Source of the DNA: Ascoidea asiatica JCM 7603
Lineage: Eukaryota > Fungi > Ascomycota
Length of the DNA: 64,000 nt
Direction: 5' to 3'
NCBI GenBank assembly: GCA_001600695.1
Contig: BCKQ01000014.1
Span: forward strand, 46,611 to 110,610
Shown: one piece after another, positions 11,387 through 22,216 of the stretch
Numbering within the stretch: position 1 is the stretch's first letter
Layout: every line of letters starts with the position of its first letter
The notes under the pieces: generated by a model
Databases searched by the model: none
Told to the model about the DNA's origin: nothing
The model's input: the letters and a program-made list of their open reading frames with translations, nothing else
Translations under genes and position numbers: made by a program

Positions 11387-13210
11387 TCATAAAGAATACT
11401 CTAGCCACTTAGGTGCTTTTTTAGACAACTTCAGTGAAGAAACAAGAGTAGGAGAAGAATTATATGGTAGAACTCCATATGGTGTCATCTTCCAATTCTC
11501 AATTGAATCAAAGAAGAAAAAATTTGTTTTTTTTTCGGAACTTGGAATAGTTGAATCTTCAGCTGTTTCAGATGTATTTAATTTTACTCTTTTTCTTAAA
11601 TTTTTTAGCTCATTCATTAACTCATCTTCCTTATTTAAATTAGAGTTCAATAGATCATTTTCCATTTCAGAGGATAACCGTTTATTGATCATTTCACTAT
11701 TACGATTATTATTCGTATTATCAAGTATTGTATCCTTTGAATTCAATGAAGTTTCAAAATTCTTTTCTTGTGAAGTTAATACTGAATGTTTGACCTTGAA
11801 CTTATATAGTTCAATCAAAGTTTTCAATTTTTTTGAAATTTCATTGAATTCACTTGTTTTCATCTTCAATTTATTTTCAATGTTAGCATTTGTATTATGA
11901 GCTATTAATGATACTTCTATGTAATCTAGAAGTTCAGAATTGTAATCAGTCTCGAAATCTTGCAAGAAATCTAGAACATTATTTATATCTAGCCAGTATT
12001 TATTTTTATTAAAATTTAAATGATCTCTGTTAAACTTTGATTTAACTCTAGAATAAAATAAATCAGTTGAACCTGAATCAATAGGTATTTCTTTCAAAAA
12101 TAATTTAAGATATTTTATAGAGTAATTGATTTCAAGTTTTGATTGAAATCTAAAATTCATTATTGGAAGCGGAATTTTAGACAAATTTACATCTGTGAAA
12201 CATAAGTATTTTTTAAATAAATCTCTTTCATAGTTGATAGCTTCCTCAGGTATACTGAATTTTTGAAATGAATTATATTTGATTAACATTATTTTGAACA
12301 AAAGACTGAAAAATTTAGGGCCAAGTTCAGAGGTATTAAATAAATACTCCATTAAATTCAAATTTAGCATTTTCATTTGGCTGAATGGAATTTTTATTTT
12401 TTTATTTTTAATTATGGATTTATTAGGTATGAGAAAATTTTGAAAAATCAAGAAATTTGCTAATATAAATTGATTTAAAATTAAAAGATTATCTGTGTTT
12501 TGATTGAAATGAACGAAATAATTAATATTATCTAAAGATTTCCAAAACTTTTTTCCCAGCTCACTTGTATCACCAATTTTGTAAATCTTTTTAATATTTA
12601 TTTTTTTTATATTTCTATAATTCTTTAAATCTTCTTTTAAATTATTTATTTGCGTATTATATTCAGAAGTCCATAATATTGAAGACTTTTCTTTCGAGCT
12701 AGATTTTTTTCTATTTAATTTTTCCATAATCTTCTTTGTAGTATAAAATGACCAATAATTATCATAAATCCAAGACAAAGCTTTAATAGCGATTTCTTCT
12801 AATAAATTTATATCTGGTAAGTAATCATGAGTTGCCATATGCCTTATTTCAACGAAATAATTAGGTAAATTATTATTCTTAGCCAAGGTTGACAATGGTA
12901 TAGCATAAACTGATTGCTGTAAAGGATCTAAAATTCCATTAACAAATCTTATTAAAGCCATAGAATACGATAACTTTATTGCAGTCTGATTTCTATTTGG
13001 ATCATTTTTATCATTGGATAATATTGCAGAGGTTAACTGGGCAGTTGATTCAATAGAATGAGGCAATTTGCATCTAACCCTTAAAGTGTTAACTGTTGAA
13101 ATAGCTTTACATCTATTATCGTTTTTTTCACTGAAATTATAAAACCAGTCTTTTAGCTGAACAAGATCTTTCTCATCTCTCCAAGCATTGATTCTAGCAT
13201 TATTTGACAT
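11387..13210 (-). CDS. LAS1: pre-rRNA ITS2 endonuclease Las1 (HEPN)
   Basis: AWRD..L, LPHSIESTAQL, LSYSMALIRFVNGILDP, HEPN motif EIRHMATHDYLP, C-terminal WKMTPYGVL. Confidence 0.93.
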   Translation of the reverse strand: MSNNARINAWRDEKDLVQLKDWFYNFSEKNDNRCKAISTVNTLRVRCKLPHSIESTAQLTSAILSNDKNDPNRNQTAIKLSYSMALIRFVNGILDPLQQSVYAIPLSTLAKNNNLPNYFVEIRHMATHDYLPDINLLEEIAIKALSWIYDNYWSFYTTKKIMEKLNRKKSSSKEKSSILWTSEYNTQINNLKEDLKNYRNIKKINIKKIYKIGDTSELGKKFWKSLDNINYFVHFNQNTDNLLILNQFILANFLIFQNFLIPNKSIIKNKKIKIPFSQMKMLNLNLMEYLFNTSELGPKFFSLLFKIMLIKYNSFQKFSIPEEAINYERDLFKKYLCFTDVNLSKIPLPIMNFRFQSKLEINYSIKYLKLFLKEIPIDSGSTDLFYSRVKSKFNRDHLNFNKNKYWLDINNVLDFLQDFETDYNSELLDYIEVSLIAHNTNANIENKLKMKTSEFNEISKKLKTLIELYKFKVKHSVLTSQEKNFETSLNSKDTILDNTNNNRNSEMINKRLSSEMENDLLNSNLNKEDELMNELKNLRKRVKLNTSETAEDSTIPSSEKKTNFFFFDSIENWKMTPYGVLPYNSSPTLVSSLKLSKKAPKWLEYSL

Positions 13211-13517
13211 TTTACCAGTACCACTTTAATTCAGAAGTTTCTATCTTCAATCTTAGACTGGTCCAGAAAAAAGTTCTAATGAAAAAAATGAAGTTCCCTT
13301 TTACTGTGTCTTCACTATTTTTCTATACTTTTAATTATTGCTTCATTATCTTTTTTATTCTCTTTTCACTTTGACTTTCTTTAAAGAGGAATTAACTACT
13401 GTAGAGTTGCATCCCAGTTTAAAAGGTAGTATGTTAAATTTGTCTGGTGGTGTTATGTATATATAAGCATTACGTCTCATTAAAAGAGGGTTTGCGGTTT
13501 TTTTTTTACAGTATATG

Positions 13518-13599
13518 TAGGGCTTCTCTAATTTGTAGTGAATATACAGTCACGAGAGAACCCTACCAATTTTTTTCCACTCTGCGCCAAAATTTTTCA
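13518..13599. promoter_or_regulatory. divergent ribosome-biogenesis promoter (LAS1 / snoRNA host)
   Basis: TAGGGCT (13518-24) and AACCCTA (13559-65) are Tbf1-type sites typical of snoRNA promoters; CAGTCAC Homol-D-like at 13547; RRPE AAAATTTTTCA at 13589-13599. Confidence 0.55.
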
Positions 13600-13829
13600 C
13601 CTTTTTTTATTTTTTTTTCACTTTCTGACAACTTTCAAGGACTATAAAAGTATCCTGTTTTCTCTTTCTTAAAAATTATTTCAACTATTAATATTGTTAA
13701 ATTTGTTAACTCTATTGATCAATGGCTTTAGATTTCAATATGTATACGTCTTGAGCTTGGCTCTTTATTTCAAAGTATGTTTCTCTTATTTTTTGTTGCT
13801 ATTATAGATGTTTTTTCCTTGATGATAAT

Positions 13830-13982
13830 AAATTCTTAGATGATGATTTCGTCTGTCCACTTCTTTTTCCAATGTCCTATTCGCCCATGACGATTTTACG
13901 AAGAACTTGTCTCTGATAAGAAGTAATTCTTTTCAAATTGAGACTTATACTTGCCAGTATTTGACAACTCTGATTCGAATTT
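13830..13982 (+). ncRNA. SNR190: box C/D snoRNA snR190 (intronic)
   Basis: Box C ATGATGA 13840, box D CTGA 13970, terminal stem AAATTC/GAATTT. Internal blocks CTTCTTT, GTCCTATTCGCCCATGACGA and CTTGCCAGT resemble S. cerevisiae snR190 as recalled. It lies just upstream of U14, as in S. cerevisiae. Confidence 0.82.
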
Positions 13983-14111
13983 ATTATCATTCAATAGATG
14001 CTTTTTTCATCATTTTTTATTTAAAAAAATAATAAGTACTAACCTCCTTTAATAGATAATTTTAATGTATGTTTTTAATTCAGTATTTCTTTAAAAGAAT
14101 TTAGTATATTG

Positions 14112-14228
14112 AAGCTTGATGTGATGAAAACTTTTGTGAACATTCGCAGTTTCCTCAAGAGTCCACGCTAGAACCTAAATAGTGGACAGATGTTTGTTTT
14201 ATCCTTCCTTGGATGTCTGATTGAGTTT
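14112..14228 (+). ncRNA. SNR128: U14 box C/D snoRNA (intronic)
   Basis: Box C GTGATGA 14121, domain A ACATTCGCAGTTTC, Y-domain stem GTCCAC..GTGGAC, domain B CCTTCCTTGGATGT followed by box D CTGA 14217-14220. Confidence 0.95.
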
Positions 14229-14815
14229 TAATATTTTCTACTTTTGATGGTTATATGGTCCATGTTCTTTTGTTAAAATCTTACTAACAATTTCCTTAGT
14301 TCTTTATAGTTAATATTTCAAAAATAAAAAGCTTTTTTCTTAACGATTATACAGTAGATATTTAATTAATTGAATCGTTTTTCAACCGAATGATGTAGTT
14401 TTTATTAGTTTTTTTGTTCGTTAAACATTTTGTAGAAATTGGCTATTGTGAACGAAAATTATATGTATATAAGTAGGTTGATTTTTAAATTTTTTTTTTA
14501 TTTTATTTTTTAGTGAACAAATTAAATTAAAATAATTAATTGAATATAATATGAAAGTACAAGCAAAAAAAACAAGAAAAAAAAAATGAAAAGCAGTATG
14601 AATGAAAAGAAAGAACAAAAAATAATGGAAAGGAAAATTAAATTTTATGAGAAAAGCTCAATGAAATAAGAAAATAGTTGAAACTTAGATAATAAAGAGA
14701 AATGAAGATTTAAAGAAAAGTAAATATATATTGGAGATTAATATATTTATTCTATTAGTTTATCTTCAGTATCTCTCCCATGATTAATATCTTTTTAATT
14801 AATTAAATTTTTTTT

Positions 14816-15316
14816 TTATTTTCTTTCAATACAGTCAATACAGAAATTATGAAAGCAGGAAACACAAAAACTATCACACCATTGAAAAAAAGGTCTAACT
14901 AAATCTTCTTTATCAATATCATCAGTTAATTCAAATAAATTCTCAGTTTCACATCGACAACATCTCCATATAACATTACCATCTCTAATTAATTTTTTAG
15001 TTTTGGAACGAGTAGCTGGATATTCTTCTCTTGAAGGATATTTATCTTTTTTCTTTTCAGCTGATTTTGTAGTTGCTTTCATTCTATAAAGTTTTCCATC
15101 AATCATTGTTAATTTTCCATCATATTTTTCAGTAGTTTTTTCTAAAGCTTCCTGTTGTTTTGAAGAATCAGCAGAATCTAAAGAATTTGAATTTGAACTA
15201 TTTGTTATTGTACTCATTGCTGCATTAGAACTTGAATTATTACTATTATTACTATCTACTAAACTTCTCCTACTGCTTGATTTTTTGCTATTAACCCTTA
15301 TATTTAGTAAACCCAT
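14816..15316 (-). CDS. orphan protein, Ser-rich N-terminus with C-terminal Cys/His zinc-ribbon-like motif
   Basis: 166-aa ORF with native codon usage; WRCCRC...WCDSFCVSCFHNFCIDC. Confidence 0.7.
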   Translation of the reverse strand: MGLLNIRVNSKKSSSRRSLVDSNNSNNSSSNAAMSTITNSSNSNSLDSADSSKQQEALEKTTEKYDGKLTMIDGKLYRMKATTKSAEKKKDKYPSREEYPATRSKTKKLIRDGNVIWRCCRCETENLFELTDDIDKEDLVRPFFQWCDSFCVSCFHNFCIDCIERK

Positions 15317-16074
15317 TGTAATTTTAGATATTGAATTATTGAAGTTTTATAATTATGTATTTTTTTAATTCCAATTTTAGGAGATACAAATAAAACTGAA
15401 GATTGAAGATTGAAATAAAATGAATTCAAAGTGAATTAAAAGGATTTTTATACAGTAATTATCTCAATTGATTTAGTTATTTAAGAAGTTTTAGTAATTT
15501 AGGTTATTTCAGTTATATAAGAGGATTTGATGATTTTGATTATCTTAATGATTATAGTTAAAGACAATTATTTGGAGATTTATTTATAATAAAATTTGAT
15601 TAAATGAATAAAATAAGATGATTAACAGTAAGATAAATGTAATTGTAATCAGAGTAGTTGTAGAATACTTGTAGTGTGGTGTAACTATCAAATGACTATC
15701 AAATATTTCTTTATTAAAGAGATACAGTGTATGAGAATAAAAAAGAAGGAGAAAAAGGAAATTATATTAATAATAGTAATGGTAAAGCTAATTAGGTTAA
15801 TAAAATTAATTATTAATGATATTACAGTATAACAGTGGACAATTAGATAGTTAAAGGATAATTCAAAAATTGTACTTTACACACACCATAGTGAGACAAA
15901 ATTTGTAGTTTATGGGTTTAAAAAGTTAGGCAAAAATCAATAATTATCACTGCAGAGAAATATTGAAAGACACGAATTTCAATAGATACTTTGCTAGTTA
16001 AGTAACAGTAACAGTAACAGTAACTAAGTATGATAGTATTCTTGCATTTGATATTCGATATTCGATAGATATTA

Positions 16075-16150
16075 TCTTGATAGTGATATTGATAGTGATA
16101 ATGATAATGATTATGATTATGATTATGATAGTGATTATGATAGTGATAGA
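16075..16150. repeat. hexamer tandem repeat (GATAGT/GATTAT/GATATT)
   Basis: Direct reading; it explains the spurious His/Tyr ORF 15918..16154. Confidence 0.75.
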
Positions 16151-19100
16151 GCAATAAGTAGGTGAGTTACATCTGCATTGAAAAAAATAGCACTGTGGAA
16201 ATGCATTGAAGAATATTTCCCAAAGGTGCTACGCTACCAGAGCAGTAATAGTAGTAATATAGCAGTATTATAGCAGTATATCCTATCATGGGCAATTTCT
16301 CTTACAGATTAGTCTCTGGCAATACGTAGAGCCAGTACTACTCCATGTAGCAATACGGTGAATTCGAAATCAGACTAACGTTATCTACAGTAGGATGGTG
16401 AGTTGCCTGTAAGATTTTTTTGTTTTATTCCTCTGCAGCAAGTAAATTACCGTATTCTTTATATTTATTATTTCATTATTATTTCATTATTATTTATTCG
16501 TATCCTTAGTTTGTAACGTTTCAATTTCATCAGCATTTCATAATGGTTTTCCTCTCCGAAATTAATTACTTCTGTAGTATTTTCTTTTTCATTTAAAAAT
16601 AAATTGTAGACATTCATAAACAATCTCAAGTAATGTTTGAAAATGAACAGAACTACCTTTTGATTTGTCGTCGATGTTTTGATAGCCATTTATCTATCAA
16701 ACGTAAATTGAACTCAATTGTAGTTTATCAATATTATTAGCCCGCTTAAGATTCATTGCACTCATTAAGTTTACAGTTTTGTGGTCGTAGTAAATTGAAA
16801 AGAAGTTTTTTTCTTTTTCGTTATTTTCTTTCAAATCTTTTTTCAAATTTTTTCTTAAATTCATTTTATTCTGTTTCTTTCAGTGGATAAGAAGATCAAT
16901 TTACACTCGCTAGTTGTTCTTTAGCTATTTATTCTTTAGCTAGTGAAATTTAGGTCTATTTTGACTAGTCCCAACCCAATTCATATTAATCGTTGACACC
17001 TTCAGAACGTTAATCAAATCAGTAACGTTACATTATTGTGCTATAAAGTTATTAATTAGTGAAAATACTGCAAGAATGTTTCCAACGTTTTTATATTTGT
17101 ACAATTGAGATTATTTATCGTTAACATGGAATTGGTTGTTTCCGTTTCCTTTTCAGTTTCCGCTCAGGATTTTGTATCAAACACTTGTGCCAATCGGTTA
17201 AGGTTGACCGTTTCGGTTGAGTTTGGCTTCCAAAAGAACAAAAACGTTCAAATTAACAAGCCTCTGATTCTAGGTTCTGCCAAAAGAGGCTGGTAAACCG
17301 TTTCCTAACCCAGAAAAAAGCAAAATGATTAAACAAAACGTTACTAGCGCTGCCCACACTCACGCACATTGTCGTCTGACATTTTCCTTATCAGTGGTCA
17401 AAACATCTCCAGCCCACGGATAAACTATGTTTTTGGTAAACACTCGCCACATTAAATTTTAATATTACACGTGAAGATTTTCCGGTTTTGTGTAAATTTC
17501 AGAACTGAAGTGGGAAACATCGGATAAGTTATAGAAAACCCTTGTGTATTTGGCTGCTGTTGAGTTTCCGAAAAGTTCAGCTACTGTGCTCTACCTAGAC
17601 CTGTTTTTCATTACACCGAGGCTTTCCTCGTTTCAGAAGATTTTACCAATTTAAAGCGTTACCATAACAGCAGTAGGGGATGTCCACTTTTTATTCAAAA
17701 CGCTATTTCAAATATTAAACTTCTAATTTCAACGTAGTTTCAATTGTCAACGCACTTTGATTGCAGCAAGCACTTTTTTAATCCACGCTCTTTCGGTTTT
17801 CTGCAATTTATCTTTCCCACGCATTATTGATTATAAATATTTTCGTGGGTCATGATGCGCGCGGGGCCTGATTTTTAGATTCCCGTGAAATTAATTTTTG
17901 GAACAGGCCTATATTAAAGCCCCGATAAAACTCCTCATTGTTAATTCATTTTGTTTAAAGACTTTCCAATAGATTTAATTATTTTAAGAAATTCCCAAAA
18001 TTTACGTTCATATTATTCTTAATTATTCTCAAATTCAAATGTATATTTCTTTATATGAAAAGTTTCTATTAGGATTTCAAAGTAAGTTTAAAGTAATTTT
18101 AAGTTCCTACAGTTGTGCTTCTAACTTCATAACTTTTGAAATCCATTTCTTTATAAATCTTCTCAATTACTCATAATTTGATATCTTACCTTTTTTTGAC
18201 AAAAAAAAGTTAACTCCTTTTTCTGTATGTTAAAAGAGAAACCAATTATGTTCTGTTTTTTAGAAACTCTAAGACTTTAAAGCTTTTAAATAAAAGAGTA
18301 TTTTGACTTCTTTTAGTTTTTTTTTCCTTATTCATTAATCTATTCTGGGAAATCTAAATTTATCTATATACCTTCTAGGTTTTCTTTTAATTATTTAAGT
18401 ACTAATTTATACAGTTTTTATTTTCATTTTTTTTTATTTGAAAGCTTTACTAACTCAATCAAACTTCTAATTTTTTTTTTTTTTTTTTTTTTTGTTTAAG
18501 CAAAAGTTAATTCAAAGAAAAAAAATTATTTATTAAAATATGAATTAATTATTTTCAAATTTACTCATAATAATAAAACTTTTAGTCAATAATAAAGGAG
18601 AAGCTTATCCAAGATCACTCATATTATATTTCTAGAACCGCTTTTAAATATTTATTTTACTGATTGAATTAAGATACAGCATTTTTTGAATTACTATTTC
18701 AAATATTCATTACTTTTTTAATATGTTGGTTTATTACTTTTTCAATTTTCTTTTCTTTTCTATCTTGCCTTTTTTTTTTTTTTTTCAATTCAATTAAAGG
18801 TTTGAAAAATGGTTCTTAGAAAAGGGTTCTAAAAAACAATTACATTAACAAACTTAATTTAAATTATTTTACTGTATCTCAATTTATGTCAACAAAAGTA
18901 GTTATAGCTTCAACTAGAAGTGAAAATTATTAAATATAAAATTGAAATAAGTTGAAAGAATAAAGGGGAAAAAAATTTATTATTTATTTCAATATCAAAA
19001 CTTGTACATTATTTAAAATTGAATCTTTAAAACTTCATTATTCTCTTTTTCCTTTGATAAAAAATCAATTCATTATTATGAAAGTAAATTTAAATTTTTG

Positions 19101-19168
19101 TTTTTTTTCCTAATGTTTGATTGTACCTTTAAAGAAATACTTTTACAATTAAGAATTTAAATTATCTA

Positions 19169-19546
19169 ATGAGAATATCAACTCGACATTTTAAAACAAT
19201 ATTTTCAATTATAATTTTTGGATTAATTAAATTATATATATATTATCTTTACCATACAATAGCAAAGAATAATTTTAGGAACTTCTTATCCTCTTTTCAA
19301 ATGATTTCTTTTTTAAAATCGTCAAAAATAATTATAGATATTGATGAAGATGAATCAATTACTTTTAATGAACAATACTATACTTGTACTTTATTATCAA
19401 TGGGATTTAGGAAATATTCACTTTTTTGTGATGAAATTGATGTGCAACAATGTTTAGAATCTGTTTTTTGTAATGATTATGGCCAAATAGCTATTAAAAA
19501 TAATACTCCAATTGATTCATGTTTTACTCTTTGTCAATGTTCATAA
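19169..19546 (+). CDS. small secreted/type-II-anchored Cys-rich protein A
   Basis: Basic N-terminus, hydrophobic segment (IFSIIIFGLIKLYIYYLY), C-terminal C-x7-C-x5-C-x16-C-x3-C-x-C; TATA-like ATATAAAA near 18934. Confidence 0.6.
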   Translation: MRISTRHFKTIFSIIIFGLIKLYIYYLYHTIAKNNFRNFLSSFQMISFLKSSKIIIDIDEDESITFNEQYYTCTLLSMGFRKYSLFCDEIDVQQCLESVFCNDYGQIAIKNNTPIDSCFTLCQCS

Positions 19547-21740
19547 TTGTATTGTATGAAATACTTTAGTTTCTCAAATTCATATATATTTTTTATTAAT
19601 TTTTTAGGGGAGGTTTTATGGGGTATTTTTATGGGATATTTAGGGATTCATTTAGGAATTTTTTTCTTCAATTTTTTTTCAGTACCAATGCATATTTCAC
19701 GATATATAATCTTTATATTTTATCTGAAATAAATATCATTATTATTATTATCATTACTATTATTATTATTATTATTTGTATATTTGAGGATTTTTGAAAG
19801 TGAATTGAAAAAGGCCCTTTTTATTTGCTAAAACCTATGAAGGAAAAAAAGTATCTGTTAGTACTGAATTTATTCATTTTCTTTTATTACTTAAGCCTAT
19901 AATAAAAAGGTTAAAATCTGAATTTTTTTAACTAAAGCTCAATAAAAGATTCATACAAGAAAAAATAACTCAGAAGAAAAAAAGAAAAGAGGAAAAGACT
20001 TTACTATTTTAGAGAATTAAACAAAATTTTGGAGCTATCATTTATGCTATAGTTAATGAATAACAACTGAGCCAATTTTAATGTGTTTGTAGAGTTCAAC
20101 TAGAAAATTTACATTCAATATGGTGTATAAAATAATGCATTCACTTTTTTCTGACTGAGAAAAGAACTCGGGTTTTCTTGAAGAGTATAATATAATACTC
20201 CGATTATCTTCTCTGCTTTTTTTTTGAGTTTTTAAGAAAATATTATCGTTTAAGATTTTTAAATAGCAGTTTAAAATTCCTGCTAGGAGACAAATAAGAT
20301 TTGTATTGATGGAAACTTAATTATTAAATTTATATCCATAAAAGAAAATCAAGCAATATGGCTGAATTCGTTCCCTTATTGTTAAATAAAGATTGGTTAA
20401 TTTACCAGAATTTGTTATAGATTTTATTTGGTATTTCGACTATAAGACAACTTGGATATTATATCGCACTTAATTAAGGAAATTTGCTGTATTTGGGAAT
20501 TGATTCTGAAAATTATTAACGACCTAATATAACTTAGCAAAGTAAGGATACTCCATAGATCTAAGAATGAAAGTTTCTATAACTTTTTTTTTATCATTAA
20601 TTTATCGATGTAGCTAAAATATTGGAATTCATATTTATCTATTGTTTTAATTTAAATATTTTATATTCAACTAATCCATAAAGCATTTTAAATTCTTCCA
20701 AGTTTGAATTGATTTACTAAATATTTTAAGGTTTTTCGTAAATAATAAAATATTCCTTTTTTAACAGGTCTAGATGTTTTATAAAAAAAGCATATGCATC
20801 CCTTGCCGAAAAAATGCTTTAAACTTTTTTATCCTGATAAAAGGAGTGTAAAAAAAAATAAATAGTGTATTGTGGCTGGTTAAGGTTAAGATTCTATTTA
20901 AGTACAAACTGTATCTCAATGCATCCTTATTTAGTCAGCTATAAAGCATAATTAACTTTATTGCGGCTTTCTAATTCGGCTAAAAGCATTAGGTGTCAAA
21001 AAAATGTTTATACCTACATATGTTTTTTAATTTCCATATTTGGTTATTTCCGAGGGTTTTTTTCCGGTATTTTTGGTAAATAGATATCCGGCCGGTTTGC
21101 TTCCGGCCCACTGTGGTATTGAAGCTGATATAAACATAAAGTGCCTGACTATAATTGTCTAGCCATGACCTGGTCCTGTTTAATGCAAAAACCTTGAATA
21201 AAAAGGAATATTTTTAAAAGCAAACCATGACGTCGTTAAAAAAAAACATAATATAATAAATTCCTTATTTGAATTCAAATATGGCAAGAAGCAAACAATG
21301 GCTTTCAATCTCGGATACTGTATAAAAACCAGAATTTCAAAAAAAAAACGTCAAGAAAGCTAAGAAATTGTAAGAGAGATTTTATGCTTCTTATCTATTT
21401 TTGAAAGAAGAAGAACTTTTTATTTTTGATGCCTTTGTGATATTGGTATAGTGATATATTCAATTTGAATTCTTTTCAGAATCTTTCTAGTAGATTATTT
21501 TTTTTCAGATTTTTTTTTTTATCAGTTTTCAAGAAAATTCCTATCTCTACTGAGTAAATGAAGATTGATATTGAAAAAAAAAATGTGTTGAAACTTACCA
21601 GAAGGATTACATCTATAGGCGTTATAAAAAGAAAGATCGATCTTAATTTGATGAAAGGTTTTTATTAATCGAAAAAATAATTGAGAAATACTTATCCCTT
21701 TTTGTTATGTCTTCTAAACATAAAAAACAGTTAAATGTAG

Positions 21741-21935
21741 AAAATAAAATAAAATAAAATAAAAGAAAAGAAAAGAAAAGAAAATAAAAGAAAGTAGAAA
21801 AAAAGTGAAGAAAAAAGAAGAAAAAAAAGAAGAAAAAAGAAAAAAGAAGCAAAATGCGTCAAAAGAAAATAAAAAAACAATAAAAAGAAAATAAAAAGAG
21901 AATAAAAAGAGAATAAAAAGAGAATAAAAAAGAAT
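21741..21935. repeat. purine-rich low-complexity tract ((AAAAT)n, (AAAAG)n, repeated AAAAGAGAATA)
   Basis: Direct reading; source of the poly-Phe ORFs on the minus strand. Confidence 0.8.
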
Positions 21936-22216
21936 GGGTTACCATAAAAAGAATAAAGTCGAGTTGAAATGTAAAGGAACCTCAAATAAAACTTTTTTTT
22001 TTCAAGACGATATAATGATAAATATGATTTTCTAAAACTATAATATATGAGATTGTATATGGTATTTTTTTGAAAAAAGTTTTAAATATTACAGATGTAA
22101 AACATGTAAAACCAAGTAAGCAAAAATAAAATGAAGTAAAAATGAGAAAATTTTATTCAAAAAGAATATTATTGAAAATAAAAGTATATGGTAATGCATT
22201 GTGATCTTGAAAGAGT

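Larger units (their letters stand above)
13700..14400 (+). ncRNA. non-coding snoRNA host transcript with two introns (13775-14055 and 14067-14299) and an 11-nt middle exon; ends approximate
   Basis: GTATGT 13775, TACTAAC 14037, TAG 14053-55; exon 14056-14066; GTATGT 14067, TACTAAC 14282, TAG 14297-99. No ORF in the exons. Confidence 0.85.

Noticed and set aside
13835-13920. A shorter C/D snoRNA ending at CTGA near 13913 with a TCTTA/TAAGA stem
   Set aside because: The snR190-like CTTGCCAGT block and a better terminal stem lie further 3'; treated as internal to snR190.
19532-19546. C-terminal CQCS of Cys-rich protein A as a CaaX box linked to nearby CDC43
   Set aside because: The same CxC is internal in protein B and the domain is predicted luminal; proximity to CDC43 is probably incidental.
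21643-21985. Poly-Phe ORFs
   Set aside because: Translation of an A/G low-complexity tract.
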